Origin: Phoronis australis
Lineage: Eukaryota; Animalia; Phoronida
Direction: 5' to 3'
DNA: 64,000 nucleotides
Assembly: GCA_002633005.1 (NCBI GenBank)
Contig: NMRA01000149.1
Span: 140,066 to 204,065, forward strand
The position numbers were made by a program, and so were the translations under genes. The stretch's first letter is position 1, and each line of letters opens with the position of its first letter. Shown here piece by piece: positions 50,001-62,796 of the stretch. The notes under the pieces were generated by a model, which worked only from the letters and a program-made list of their open reading frames with translations, searched no databases and was not told the DNA's origin.

Positions 50001-53000
50001 ATTAAGTTGAGGCGAGGTGTCATATGGAAAGCAATTATGGCAACTAGCGAGTTTGCTCAACTTATAGAAAAACACACGATGTGACCCTTGTTTATTTGCA
50101 AGTGACACTTGTTTAGTGTGATTAGGAATTCCACTCGCACATTCAAACGTGTGCGGTGGAGCTAACACCTCAAAGGAGTGCGGTGGAGCTAACACCTCGT
50201 TAGATTAAAAAATTTTACTGACTGCTGCTGTTACTCAGGACACTTGACTTTTGAAAATGTTGTCTTATTATTGGTTAACTAGCATTTAGTGCTGGACCAA
50301 GTCACATTTACTGTTTGTTATAATGTTGTCGCTTCTTTAAGTTACATTATTTTAATTCTCAAGTTTTAGAATTTGTGATCCTGTGTGTGAATACCAGACT
50401 CATTTGAATTAAAATAAGTTTTCTACTGTTAATGTTTAAAGTAAAATTCGCATCACAGCATTTGTATGTATTCATTTAAACACGTTTTTCAGGAGTTAAT
50501 ATTTGCAATACCTTTTTTCAATAAAGTGAACCAACGGAAGCCTTTTTGTCTTGATATTTTCAATTCAGTGTAATTTTTCATTTTCCTACTTCACCTTAGC
50601 CTGATCTCGCAGCCCGAGAGTTAGAATTGCGCCAGAAGATCTGCTTGCTGTGCCTAATGGAGATGACCTTCAAGAGGCCAGCCAATCATAGGCAGCTGTC
50701 GTTCAAGGAAATTGCCTCTGAGACTCAACTACCAGTTGAAGAGGTGTGTACTATAAATACAACTTCGTGTTCTTGTAATTTCGATATAAACTATTGCTTG
50801 ACTCAATATGTTGACTTTTCATTGTTATTTCAGCATCAGAAAATCTGGTATCACTGTCGATCATATTTGGTGCAATTTACGGCAATTCACTTGACTTTTG
50901 ACTTTTTANACTTTTGAAAATGTTGTCTTATTATTGGTTAACTTGCATTTAGTGCTGGACCAAGTCACATTTACTGTTTGTTATAATGTTGTCGCTTCTT
51001 TAAGTTACATTATTTTAATTCTCAAGTTTTAGAATTTGTGATCCTGTGTGTGAATACCAGACTCATTTAAATTAAAATAAGTTTTCTACTGTTAATGTTT
51101 AAAGTAAAATTTGCATCACAGCATTTGTATGTATTCATTTAAACACGTTTTTCAGGAGTTACTACTTGCAATACCTTTTTTCAATAAAGTGAACCAACGG
51201 AAGCCTTTTTGTCTTGATATTTTCAATTCAGTGTAATTTTTCATTTTCCTACTTCACCTTAGCCTGATCTCGCAGCCCGAGAGTTAGAATTGCGCCAGAA
51301 GATCTGCTTGCTGTGCCTAATGGAGATGACCTTCAAGAGGCCAGCCAATCATAGGCAGCTGTCGTTCAAGGAAATTGCCTCCGAGACTCAACTACCAGTT
51401 GAAGAGGTGTGTACTATAAATACAACTTCGTGTTCTTGTAATTCGATATAAACTATTGCTTGACTCAATATGTTGACTTTTCATTGTTATTTCAGCATCA
51501 GAAAATCTGGTATCACTGTCGATCATATTTGGTGCAATTTACGGCAATTCACTTGACTTTTGACTTTTTACTGATCTGCCATCTACAAGTAAATAGCATG
51601 ATTAAATTTATTTTGGTATAAGTACTGAAGATGCAGTCTCAAAAAATATTACATTTTCCCAAATTGTTGTTTCGTTTTTGTTTAATGTAATTTTTGTGTT
51701 TTTTATGACAATTATAAAATTCCTATTTCAATGGCAAATCTTTCAAACATGGAACTTTTCTACAATTCCAAGCAGTGTTTTGAAGAACAGGAAATAAAGC
51801 ATAGTATTTTAAAACTTCATATGAATCAGATCAACCATTTCTGAGCTATGGTGTTCAAAAGTTGTCAAAATTTGGACTATTTTCTTGTGCCTTAAATAAT
51901 CTTAGTATTTCATGACAATGTACAGAACAGCCTTGATTTTGCTGCTGGTTGAACAGGAAATGTGTCTGCATAAACGTTGAGAAAGGGAGGCCTGTAAATT
52001 TTCCATAATATGATTATTTGGGATAGTTTAATTTTTCCCCAAGGACCTAGTAAAATATCCATGAGGTTGAACAATGAACTAAATATAGCTCAATAGGTTG
52101 AGGAATTCAAAAAGTCTTCGAGCCTGATCCTAATATGGTCTTGACTTAAGTTTCAAACCATGACTATTAATACTTTCGTTATTGTTGGTGAGCTCAGGTT
52201 TAGTTTAAAGACAGACAAAAAGTGTAAGAAGTCAATAAAGTTAAAACAGTTTGTGTGATAATCTTGTTGTTTTTTCAATTACTGTTTGCTGGCAAAGTTA
52301 CATTGAAAGAGGGGATACCAATAATTTGTTGCAAGCAACTTTTTGCATTTGGACATTTGAACAATAATCATGAAGGGGAATTGTGTCAGGGTTTGTGATG
52401 AATGCTAATGTAGAAATCAAGTTGATTGTGTGCAAAAACAGTTACATGAAATAACCAACTAATCGAGGCTATCTCTATGTGATGTTTCCACAAGCAACAT
52501 TGATGTTGATCGTGGTTATGTTGCATTGTCCAGAGTATCAAAATGTTGATTTGATGACACTGTTAAAATTGTGGGGTCATTTTAGGTGGAGCTGCTTGTG
52601 ATGAAGGCCCTGTCCCTTGGACTGGTCAAGGGGTCCATTGACCAGGTGGATGAGAAAGTACACATGACCTGGGTACAGCCGAGAGTTCTTGACCGAGACC
52701 AGGTAGGTGGAGTGGCAGGCTTTCTCATGCCTTGTGCAGTATGTGGATTGATGGTTGGCTGTGGTGGAACATTTGAAGTACAAAAGTCGAGGATAATGCT
52801 GTTACAATAAGCATTTCATTATCTGCTTTACTAAATCCCAACAAGCCCAATCATTTTCTAAAGGTGTCACCATTTTACCAGTTGTTTGCAGTTCTTGATC
52901 AAATGCCATGAGTGACTGGGGAGTCCTCTACTGTTTACATTGGCATCATTATTGTGGGCAGTAGTGACTCTAAATTTCTCCAATATTTTCCCACCATATG

Positions 53001-53974
53001 GAAACTGAAAAGGTTGATAAAAACAAAGGGAATCTTGTCACTTACTTAGATTTTTGCTCAAATTTACTTGGTCAACTTGTCACTTGGCCAGGTCACACAT
53101 CCACGACAGGCTCAGATTCATAACCCGCCAATTTTGTAGATAGACTAAGTTAACTTCGAGCTACTCCACACATCTCCAACATCTGTATCCGCTCCAGATC
53201 ATCATTGTCAGCCAACAAATTGCGCTATTGACATTGAAAGCATTCAAGTGTTCGTGAAAATCTGACCTATGTTCCATTGTTGGCTAGTGGTAAACTCATG
53301 AACACTGCTTATGGCACCATGCGCTCAGTTCAGAGTATTGAGACTTTGAGCACAAAAAGGTGATTCAGCAAGCTCACTGGGCATTGTGGAAGTTCATGTT
53401 TCGATCACTAATGGAAGTATATTCAAATTCTGACATAGTAAGATAGTTACTTAGATGTCAAAACATAAAACCCAGGATTGGTACTTAAACATATGAAGTA
53501 CATTTGAAATTTTGTCAAGTATTTGAAGTAGAATATGCAGTGGCATTAGTTTTGACACATAGGCCTGCTTGGTTGACCAACTTGCCATAGTTTTAATTAG
53601 TTTGTAGTTGACTTAAATGTTTGTCTATGAAAACACTGCAGTCCAGCATAATGCTGTTAACCAGAGTGATCATTGACTTATCAGTAATACTGTTGTTATT
53701 CAACCACTGACGGCAATGATTGATGATTTGAGTCTAAAAATACTTGTTCTTATAGTGTTTAGTGTCTTGAATGACTTCATATTTTCAGCATTTCTAATCT
53801 CTCCGATTACCTTTTCAATAATGAAACCTTTATAGTACAAATATCACTGCGTTATCTCACTGTACCTTTCCTTTACAGATTGCCACAATGCAGCTTCGGT
53901 TACAAGATTGGTGCAACGCAGTCAAAAACATGGAGATTTTGGTAGAAGGAAAGGCTCAAGATATACTGACATAA
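38098..53974 (+). CDS. PSMD13: 26S proteasome non-ATPase regulatory subunit 13 (Rpn9, PCI domain), complete, 378 aa
   Basis: Exons 38098-38198, 42249-42327, 43052-43086, 45433-45488, 45960-46090, 47452-47623, 48370-48449, 49859-49984, 50600-50743 (repeated at 51263-51406), 52586-52702, 53879-53974. They total 1137 nt, are all GT-AG and are phase-consistent. Motifs [93 protein letters not shown] and C-terminal AQDILT* match human PSMD13. AATAAA at 54288, 54342 and 54402. Confidence 0.97.
38856..39677. mobile_element. Tc1/mariner-pogo-like MITE nested in the TRIM
   Basis: Left end CACATAGTGTACCTAATTATCGGACG versus right-end reverse complement CAGTCAAGTGACCTAATTATCGGACG. TA flanks at 38854-55 and 39678-79. 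Inner inverted motif GAACCTAAATATCGGACA / TGTCCGATATTTAGGTTC. No transposase ORF. Confidence 0.8.
39676..39826. repeat. 24-bp minisatellite inside the TRIM, split by the MITE (one unit left at about 38835-38857)
   Basis: About 6 units of CATGCACCTTACATTATGCCTGTA. Confidence 0.85.
41352..41897. repeat. Compound AT-rich minisatellite
   Basis: 29-bp unit TGTTTCACACATAGGTATATATACTTACT interspersed with a variant unit containing TGTTCATTAATGTAGAGCTACACG. Confidence 0.95.
42526..42669. mobile_element. Short hAT-like MITE, second copy in the opposite orientation
   Basis: Ends CAGTGGCGGATTTAG ... GGATCTGCCCCTG, with flanks TTAAT/CTAAT. The interior matches the reverse complement of 35452-35616. Confidence 0.8.
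43352..44916. mobile_element. Non-autonomous Tc1/mariner-pogo-like DNA transposon (about 1.57 kb)
   Basis: Left end CGGTAGAGTCGCGCGATTTTCGGA versus right-end reverse complement CAGTAAAGTCGCCCAATTTTCGGA, followed by TA on the right. Degenerate internal subrepeats (AAATATGG-TTTCC-CAATAA, GACGCACA, CGCTTTCTCAAT) at about 43600-44100. Confidence 0.7.
46441..46548. repeat. 54-bp tandem duplication
   Basis: AAACATT(C/G)AAATAT(A/G)GGTGATATCAGGTCAGATGGACCTTGGGTGGGCAATATT occurs twice in tandem. Confidence 0.9.
46562..46855. mobile_element. Possible old MITE
   Basis: Imperfect inverted ends TTATTACATCACC ... GGTCATGTGATAA, with a subterminal CCAATCAG. Confidence 0.35.
50247..51570 (+). repeat. About 662-bp tandem duplication containing PSMD13 exon 9, joined by a single N
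   Basis: 50247-50908 versus 50910-51570 with only a handful of differences; N at 50909. Confidence 0.95.
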
Positions 53975-54493
53975 ACTGTAGTTGTTACTATGGGTGAGCC
54001 TTGCTACAACATACATCAGGAGACGTTCAAAATCTGTACGTTACAATGATAATTTATTGTAACTATGTTAGGTTTAGGTAAAATCAGAACTTGGGACGTT
54101 TGTATGTTATATCGCTAACGTTCTCAACGCGATACAATGGGGGTCTACCAAGCATTGTGTCTCATTTGTCTTGTAAATATGTGCATGTTTATAGTGGATG
54201 CACAAAGCGGTATCTTGAAATGTGCTCTTTCTTGTTCAAGTTTTTCAAAACAAATTATTGATTTTTAAATGTGTCCAAAGGTCTATAAATAAAACGCACT
54301 TCATTTGTAAATTATTTGTTTTGTATGGTAATCTGGTTAAGAATAAAATATACAAGCCAATTTTCCTTGAGTAATCAAACTGCTACCTTTTTAAAAAGAC
54401 AAATAAAATATAAAATCACCATTATTGGGATAACACAATTTAAAGCGGAATAAAATGGTAAGTATGTTTGGCAGAACTGACCTTAAATATTAA

Positions 54494-55557
54494 AAGGGAA
54501 CTGTATTTTATTCTGAATAAATTCTGGATAGTTTTCTATGAATTGTTGATTAATTTCCCAAATAATTCAACACCAAAAATTAAACTTATATTCTCTAACG
54601 AAGCTCAAAAAATTACCGGCTTGGAGCGCTGCTTAGTCTCGTGACGTATTTGGCGGGGGCAAAGTCACTGTCCTGTGTTAGCGTGCAATCTTAGCAGCGT
54701 TTTTTATATTGTCGGAATAAGAAATTTTAGTGTGAAATTTCGGGTCACAAGGGATACCTGTTTGAGCCGAGGCAACACAAAGTGATACCTAGTCATCGTC
54801 AGACGAAAATTTGCCGGTGCAACTGGTGTCAGTGACTGTGCCGAGGGCAATGTGGACTCTAGCCATCCAGTCAGCCAGTTGTCAGCCAATACTCCGGCAG
54901 CTCTGTAAACTTGAAGGGTTGGTAAGTTACCNNNNNNNNNNNNNNNNNNNNNNNNNNNNNNNNNNNNNNNNNNNNNNNNNNNNNNNNNNNNNNNNNNNNN
55001 NNNNNNNNNNNNNNNNNNNNNNNNNNNNNNNNNNNNNNNNNNNNNNNNNNNNNNNNNNNNNNNNNNNNNNNNNNNNNNNNNNNNNNNNNNNNNNNNNNNN
55101 NNNNNNNNNNNNNNNNNNNNNNNNNNNNNNNNNNNNNNNNNNNNNNNNNNNNNNNNNNNNNNNNNNNNNNNNNNNNNNNNNNNNNNNNNNNNNNNNNNNN
55201 NNNNNNNNNNNNNNNNNNNNNNNNNNNNNNNNNNNNNNNNNNNNNNNNNNNNNNNNNNNNNNNNNNNNNNNNNNNNNNNNNNNNNNNNNNNNNNNNNNNN
55301 NNNNNNNNNNNNNNNNNNNNNNNNNNNNNNNNNNNTAAACTCTTCAAATATGACATAAGCAATGAATGTGTAAAGCAGCCGATACCCCGCCGTTCACGTC
55401 ACTGACACATCAGCCAATCAGCGATCGCTTTCAGAATTCAGTGTTTTGACCATGAATTCGAATTGGCTTTTGTTTGGCACGCAAGTTAGGCAAATGTGAG
55501 TTTTATTTGTATGTTAGAACCGATTAACTGCAACATTATTTTGACTACAGTCCCCTT
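54494..55557. mobile_element. Kolobok-like non-autonomous DNA transposon spanning an assembly gap
   Basis: TTAA|AAGGGAACTGTA ... TACAGTCCCCTT|TTAA: a 12-bp TIR with 1 mismatch and a TTAA TSD. The interior is partly N, so the two ends are paired by inference. Confidence 0.55.
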
Positions 55558-57038
55558 TTAAATCATTTTTGACAATGAACCTATGATTGGGATGTCTGTT
55601 CACTTATAAGTGAAACCACACAGCGCAAGACGTGTAAATAAGCTTCAAAGGAAGAATTGCTTATTATAGCAATTAGATTAAAACTGCATTATCAGTTATG
55701 CTTGGACTCCAGCGTTTTAAGTTTATAAATTCGAGAGTAGAAGGCAGTCTTGTGAAATATTTCTGTTGCTACACTGAATCAATTGTAGTTGTTTCCGGAA
55801 TGCAAGTCACAGTTATCAAAGTCTATTTGGGAAGGATGAAATAGTTATTGTTGAAACACATTCTGCTCGTTCACAAAATAACATCAAAATGATTTTGTAC
55901 AGGTTGAACTGACTCTGATTCTAGGCATTGTCCATCCACAAGTTGAACACATTCTGAATATAACACGTTCAAATTATTAACCATTTCACTAAGCCATGTG
56001 TTGACCAGACCTCATGAAGTAACTTGTATCCTGATTGAAAACTACAGTATCCAGGATTTGAAGCAACGTCTGATTGGATATAGATAACCATAATAAGTAA
56101 ACAAAACAAGCATATAACTAACATCTAAGAGTGCCAGCTCACATAATATATAATTTAAAATTTGCAAGTAAATTTTATTAAAATTAATAAGCACCATCAA
56201 TTCAAATTAAGCACCGTCAACTGTAAAAACATCACAACCTGGACACCACAGTGGGAACTAAATTGCATACTATACCCAGATATGTTCTGCAATCAATGAC
56301 TAGAAAAGTAATCAGTTGAAAGTGGTTGGTTTCTAAGACCACTAAGTTCTTCTGTGAAATGGTTGCAACAGTAGCACCAAACGGGGATACAGTTAAAGTC
56401 TTTGTTCTTTACATAATTTTACCATACAATATTCAAGTCGTATATTGTTACAAACACACACTTCTCAAGTTCATATTCAAAGTCAATGTTGACGATTTAC
56501 AAAAGTCCAGTAAATTTCCCTGACTTGCGTAATGTAAAGCTCTTCGCTGCACAATCAACGAAAACCATGTGCTTCATATGTATTGGGGGTAACCCTTAAT
56601 TTTGGTTCTCTAATACGCCAAGAAGTGGCACAGATCAAGTAGAATCCATTGACTGCTCTAATGTAACTTTCACCGCCACTTGTTTTGTTCCAGTTTTAGT
56701 TTTGCCCGCTTGGCCTAATTAGTTCAGTTTCACATTCATTAATCTCTGTTCAAGCTCAGATTCTGGACTTTTATTAACAGTATTGGTGGTTATATTTGTA
56801 CATTTTAGTTGATTGGCAACAGATCAAATTTTGCAAAATAGATATCGAGAAGTTTCCTGCCATCCATTTTATACGTTACAAATACTTAGAAATTCAAACT
56901 TAATTACCACCAGAATTGTGTGTGCAATTATTTCATCAAGCATAACAGATGTATAGGTACCCTGAACCTGATGAAATACAAAAGAGCCAGTCCTGTATTC
57001 CTTGGGCAAATGTCTCATGAAGGCGGTCGACTTTTACT

Positions 57039-60000
57039 TTATGAAATTTTCACAGCCTGCCCTGATCTTGCCGACCTTTCACAAGAATTTGCGAGCTGTG
57101 TCAATTTTAGCACATAATCCCTGGATACCTCTGGGGACTTAAGACCTTGAACAGTGTCGATGAAGTGATCTAGCATGGCCTTGTAACTGTCAAAGTAACG
57201 AGAGTGAAAGTTGTCATATACCTGCGGTAGATGACTTCCTGTTGCTGTGTCCAGCTGGACGTTGATTGGTCGCATATCCTTGGTTTTGATAGTGCCATCT
57301 GAACCAAACACCTGCAGCACACATTGAATGCAGTGATGACTTAAACTCTTTCCAATCAAATTGAAGAACAATCCCTATTAATTTTAAGAAAGGTAGAGAT
57401 TGCATAATTAAACTACAAAATGATTTACAGAACTTTCAGGGCAAGAAATAAATTGACCTTCGACTCACCTCAAGAAATCCTTCGTGTCCATAAGTAGAGT
57501 TTCTACTGAATTCTATGCTACCGATGATTCCGCTGGAAAAGTTCAGAACTATGACGGCCGTGTCAAAGTCATTGACTGCAGCAATACCTGGGTCATGACA
57601 ATGACCAGTGGCATAGACCTGAGTAGGGAAGTCACCCATCAGGAAACACATGATGTCGAGGTCATGGATGAGTGAATCTATAAATAATCCACCTGTGAAC
57701 AAAAATGGTGACGGCAATTGATGGTAGCAATAACCGTAAAATATTGCATTCTCTTCAACTAGGAGAGATATCAGGTATCATTTTGCACTGAGACAATATT
57801 CCAATAATTACATACTAAATGGTGAAATCCCTGGCCAAGTAATAACACGCCACAGCACTTAATAATTTTCTAGAACTTTTTAATGCACGACATTGTGCTC
57901 ATTACACGCCTAATGCTATTTTATCATTTCGTGATGTCAGCTTTATATTTTTCGACTTTCAACAGTCTGTTCCACTACAGCGTCTAATTGACAATATCAA
58001 CATGCTCATAACAATGACTAACCTGTCTATTTGACAATATCAATGTCAATCGACTAACATGTCTGTTTTCCAGAACTGTCATGTTCCTTTGACTACCAGA
58101 AAGCAGAATTGTTTATTGTATGTAGGCCTTGACCTCATAGTACAGTTTACAATACAACTTCTATTTTCACCTCTTAGCACTGTTGCTCTTGAAATATTTT
58201 GTGCCAGGCTTTTTAGATCGACACTAAGTTCATGGCTTTGAAATAATCTAACGTCTGTCATATTCGTTAGCTAATTTCACATCACCAAGGACAGGGCAGT
58301 AACACATAAAACGAATCTCATTTTCAATTTAACCAGTATTGCATTGAATAGTAACTAGATCTTCTTTAAAACCATCCTTTCATTCTAAAGGTAACTTTGT
58401 TACCCAAACAATCTGTCTGTCTGTCAAAACTAACTTATTTGTTCGATAATTAACCTGTATGCTTGGTGATTGCATCTATATTGAAACTTTTCACTGCCCA
58501 CAGGTAATAACCACTTTAACCATCAATTAAGCAAAACCATTATCACCCATGCTGTGCAGTGAACTGTGAATTACCAGGAGATAAACTAGTGGCCAACCAT
58601 GCGTGTGGCAACACAAATCCTAGTGTGGATGCATACAAGGGGAGGCAATTACCAGCTGCATGCTTGCTGAGTTACATAGGTATAATTCATACAATATGCA
58701 CCATATTTGTCGCATGTTGAAGGTTGTGCAGTGTGAACGTTCAGCTAAATGGGGGCTAGTTGCTCTGGGACAATTTGTTTAGGGAAACTCATAGTGTAGA
58801 CACACACCTGAAGTTTTGACATATTCCACAGAGGTACGGTGAGCATCTCTGCTACACATCCTGATGGTGTGAATCTGGCCCACAGCCGAAACTGACAGAC
58901 TACGGCTGATATGACGTACATTGGGATCAAATCGTCTGTAAAAGAGAAATGACTTTAAGAAGAGCCCAAAATAGAATTTTAAATTGCTCTAATCAAAGTG
59001 GCAGTATATGCACATAACTTGGTTATAAATAAACATTTATAGACACACGGCTACAACTTCAAAACATTGTAGAACACATGTGGGCCTAAATTTTGCATTA
59101 CTTGTTGCAAATACACAATAAAGCAGAAAATAATCAATTTGCTTTTCGGTGAAATGGATTGATTTGAATAGTTTGTTACAATTCTGTATTTTCAACTACT
59201 CCAGAGGAGGTTATGTCCGGAAATCAACGTCAGTCACGGTCTTCTCATCAGGAACACTTATCTGCCAATGTTCAATATGAAGATTCTTCGAGACGGATAA
59301 CAAAATGTACTAATAAAATAAAATAGCCACCACGTGGTACACTGCACATCAAGTCTGACTGAAAATTGAAAGGCATTATTACCAATCTGCCAAGTTTCAT
59401 GAAAACCCATCACAGAATTCCAAAAATACATAGGAAAACGAAAAAAAAAAATTGCCACTAGAGGGCAGAGAGGTAGTTGGATCAGCCCGAAATTGTCATC
59501 TAGTGTCATCAGCTCATAGGAACACATCTGCCAAATCTCACCAAGATCCTGCAAGGCTTTCAGGAGACACAGCAGCAGACACCAGACGCCCGGACAGAGC
59601 TTACGGCCACTATGTGGACTAACATATAAATATACGAGCGCATAAAAAGGCTTCCCTTCTATAAAATTTTGTGTTTCCCACCCTATCCTCACTCGTGACG
59701 TAGTTAAGTATGAAAATATTCATTACTTTTGATTTGATAGTTGAAATGGGTTACTTTCTTTTGTTGCTGAACAAAACAGCAGCGTACAAATATAAAGAGA
59801 CATTAGTTTTGTCCTTAGAATCATATAGATGACTTTCTTTTGTTGCTGAACAAAACAGCAACGTACAAATATAAAGAGACATTAGTCTTGTCCTTAGAAT
59901 CATATAGATGACTTTCTTTTGTTGCTGAACAAAACAGCAACGTACAAATATAAAGAGACATTAGTTTTGTCCTTAGAATCATATAGATGACTTTCTTTTG

Positions 60001-62796
60001 TTGCTGAACAAAACAGCAACGTACAAATGTAAAGAGACATTAGTTTTGTCCTTAGAATCATATAGATGACTTTCTTTTGTTGCTGAACAAAACAGCAACA
60101 TAAAAATATAAAGAGACATTAGTTTTGTCCTTAGAATCATATAGATGACTTTCTTTTGTTGCTGAACAAAACAGCAACGTACAAATATAAAGAGACATTA
60201 GTTTTGTCCTTAGAATCATATAGATGACTTTCTTTTTTTGCTGAACAAAACAGCAACGTACAAATATAAAGAGACATTAGTTTTGTCCTTAGAATCATAT
60301 AGATGACTTAAGGGTTTTCCAAAACAGTGTGGGGTTGGCTGTGATGACGTAATTAGGGGCTGGACATGGCAGGGGGTTTACAGTCATGATGACGGGGGAG
60401 GGGGGCAACAAAGAGGCAAATTTTGGATGATGTAATATGTGAACCATTCCTTACGAGGAATTCATTTCAGAAGCCAATAGTGAGAAAAATCACCACTTTT
60501 ACCGCTGCACATGAATTTATTTCAGCCTGTGTTTTATTGCGGTAAAGCCATGGCTAATGCAGTAATTGCTTTAATCCACACAATAGGACCTTTAGATCAG
60601 ATTTCCTCTCTTGACTGACACCATTTGTATAATTCCATTGATAGAGAACAAGGTACCGCAAAACAGACTGAGTCTCTAATGTTCTCGGCATATTAAAATA
60701 ACATAAGTTTATTGCTATAGATTAAACATACAGCTGGCCTTTAGCACTTTAAATTCAGTACGGTGGACTAACACCGTTAACAGACGACAAGAATTTTAAA
60801 CTCAATGCAAAAGTTAAACTACTGGTATATCAGACTTAAGTTACCACAGGAATAGAGAAATAGGCTTTATATTTATGTGCCATTATAATTAATACATTAT
60901 CACCTTTTTTAAGTCCAAATTTCATGTTTCAGTAAGAAAAGTACATTTATAAGAAAATAACCCCTTGGTCGATTTTAATGAAACCTTTTTTAAGTGAAAA
61001 CTTCACCAGTTCCCTTAAAAACGTAGTTAGGAATTTTCAGTTTATAGTCTTTTCACTTGATTTCTACGACAAATCAACTCACAAAACGCAAGGTATTTTT
61101 GTAAAAAATAGAAGTCGTATTCGTCTTTGTTATATTACATAAAAACTAGGCCTTTATATCAAAAATCCTAACAGCGTTTTTGAGATTGATGAATAAATAT
61201 CAAATTTGGAAAGTTTCAGCAAAATCCACCAAGCCGTTTTCGAGAACTTGTGTTCCTAAGTTCAAATTAAGTCAATCTGAGGCAAGCCCAGAAAAAGCCA
61301 ATCATGTGACAAGACATGAAAATCTCAAGGACTTCGGTTAATTATTCAGTGAAAACTTGTTTTGGGTCAACATAACCTATACTACTCTTTGCTGTGTTCA
61401 TTATTTCAACATCCACGCGCAATGTCAACTTAATTTCCTGTAACTAACTTAATTATCACAAATATGTTTAATCAGCCAAGTCGATTCCCATTGCATCGAG
61501 TCCCACTAGGTCATTTGGGCGGGGCCAACCTGTTAATTGGGTTAAGCTAGTGCAATGTGGTGTAGTTTAAAGTAGGTCAACAGTTCATTGTTATACACAC
61601 CATGTGCCATGTGACTGATATGAAATCCAAGTTTGAAATGGATAACAGAAATCAACTCAGTGGTTGAAGTGTGCGGTGAGCATGAGATCGAAACAGCGAA
61701 ATATAAAATTACCTATCAAATTAAGGAATTCGGGTGAGGATTTAATTCCTTTCACAACTTGATGTGTTCGTGAACCGTTCAAAGTCACAGACGTGTGAGG
61801 CGACTGGTAGCATTCGCTCTCAAGGGTCGTATGCACGCAGGCACACATTACTCCCTCACGATCAAAACTATGTTTTGTCTTCATTTTCCCCAGCATCTTT
61901 CTATCCTATGTACATGTCGTTGACTCAATATTATGGTGACTCGGTGAATGGACTGGAGAGTGCATACTTAGCTGTCTGTCATGGCAGGAGATTCAGTTTG
62001 AGTGACAGCAGTTGTGTGGTTCCAAGGTGGTTCTACTAAATCTTTTTTGTAAATGTGAAAACAAAAAATTCTGAAAATAGGTGACCTTTGCACTAATGAC
62101 CTACGTACCTTGGGGGCTCACATAACCCGCATCATGTAGTGTTATTCCCCAACCCCACTTGACGATACTTACGGCTGAATCATCTGCGACAGATCATTTT
62201 CGACACAAAACTCGTTCTTAAAAACATTTGGCAATTTTCAACCTACCTGTTACTTCATTTTCACATCATCAGTGTATGTTGTGTTTCTAACTAATTTGAC
62301 CAGGCAAGCAATCATAGAGACAAGGAATTAGCTTGCAAGTTTCACTAATCAACAGACTTAAGTGTTTACGAAAGGAATTTAATGGGACCAGTGACTAAAA
62401 CCAGGAACTTGAGTTTTAAAAGTTGAAATTCTCGGTGTGAACAGGGGCAGTTAAATAAATGTTGTTCGTGTAGTAGGTATAACGTTGTTTAGTTGATGTG
62501 AACAAGACAAACAGTGTTGGTTGGGATATGATATGTAGCACCTAATAATTACAGTAGTGAGCTTTGATATATACAGTGATTCATGCTCAGAACTTTGAGG
62601 AACAGACTGGTGTACCACTATCATCTAATTGTTTGTAAAGAATATATGTTTTAAAATGAGTTTTTGACATGTGTGCCAATGTTTTACCTGTTCAATGCAC
62701 ATAGAAGTGGTAATTTGTTGCTTTCGGCCAAGTCATAAATCTTCTTTATCCCCTCCACACTTTTGGACAGTGGCTTTTCACATAGCAATGCCTTCT
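57039..62796 (-). CDS. Gfo/Idh/MocA-family NAD(P)-dependent oxidoreductase (myo-inositol 2-dehydrogenase/IolG-like), 5'-partial
   Basis: Minus-strand exons 62796-62688 (KALLCEKPLS...LLCALNR), 58935-58808 (RFDPNV...GQIHTIRMCSRD...YVKTSG), 57692-57469 (GLFIDSLIHDLDIMCFLMG...DFDTAV...SRNSTYGHEGFLE) and 57311-57039 (VFGSDG...FHSRYFDSY...SARSGQAVKIS*). Splice sites are GT-AG and phase-consistent. CEKP, NRRFDP and D-x-x-I-H-D-x-D are family signatures. The Rossmann N-terminal exon(s) were not found in the window. Confidence 0.9.
59230..59648 (-). mobile_element. Helentron/HINE-like element, truncated copy on the minus strand
   Basis: Reverse complement begins TTTTTATGCGCTCG..GCCGTAAGCTCTGTCCGGGCGTCTGG and contains CTGCCCTCTAGTGGCAATTTTT. 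Confidence 0.7.
59752..60309. repeat. 79-bp tandem repeat, 7 copies
   Basis: Unit GACTTTCTTTTGTTGCTGAACAAAACAGCAACGTACAAATATAAAGAGACATTAGTTTTGTCCTTAGAATCATATAGAT, period 79. Confidence 0.95.

Noticed and set aside
54811-55362. Long ORFs across N runs (also 23531-23936)
   Set aside because: These are artefacts of assembly gaps.
59752-60309. CRISPR-like array of hairpin repeats
   Set aside because: There are no unique spacers, the context is a eukaryotic intron and there are no cas genes. The same applies to the 39-bp and 56-bp arrays.
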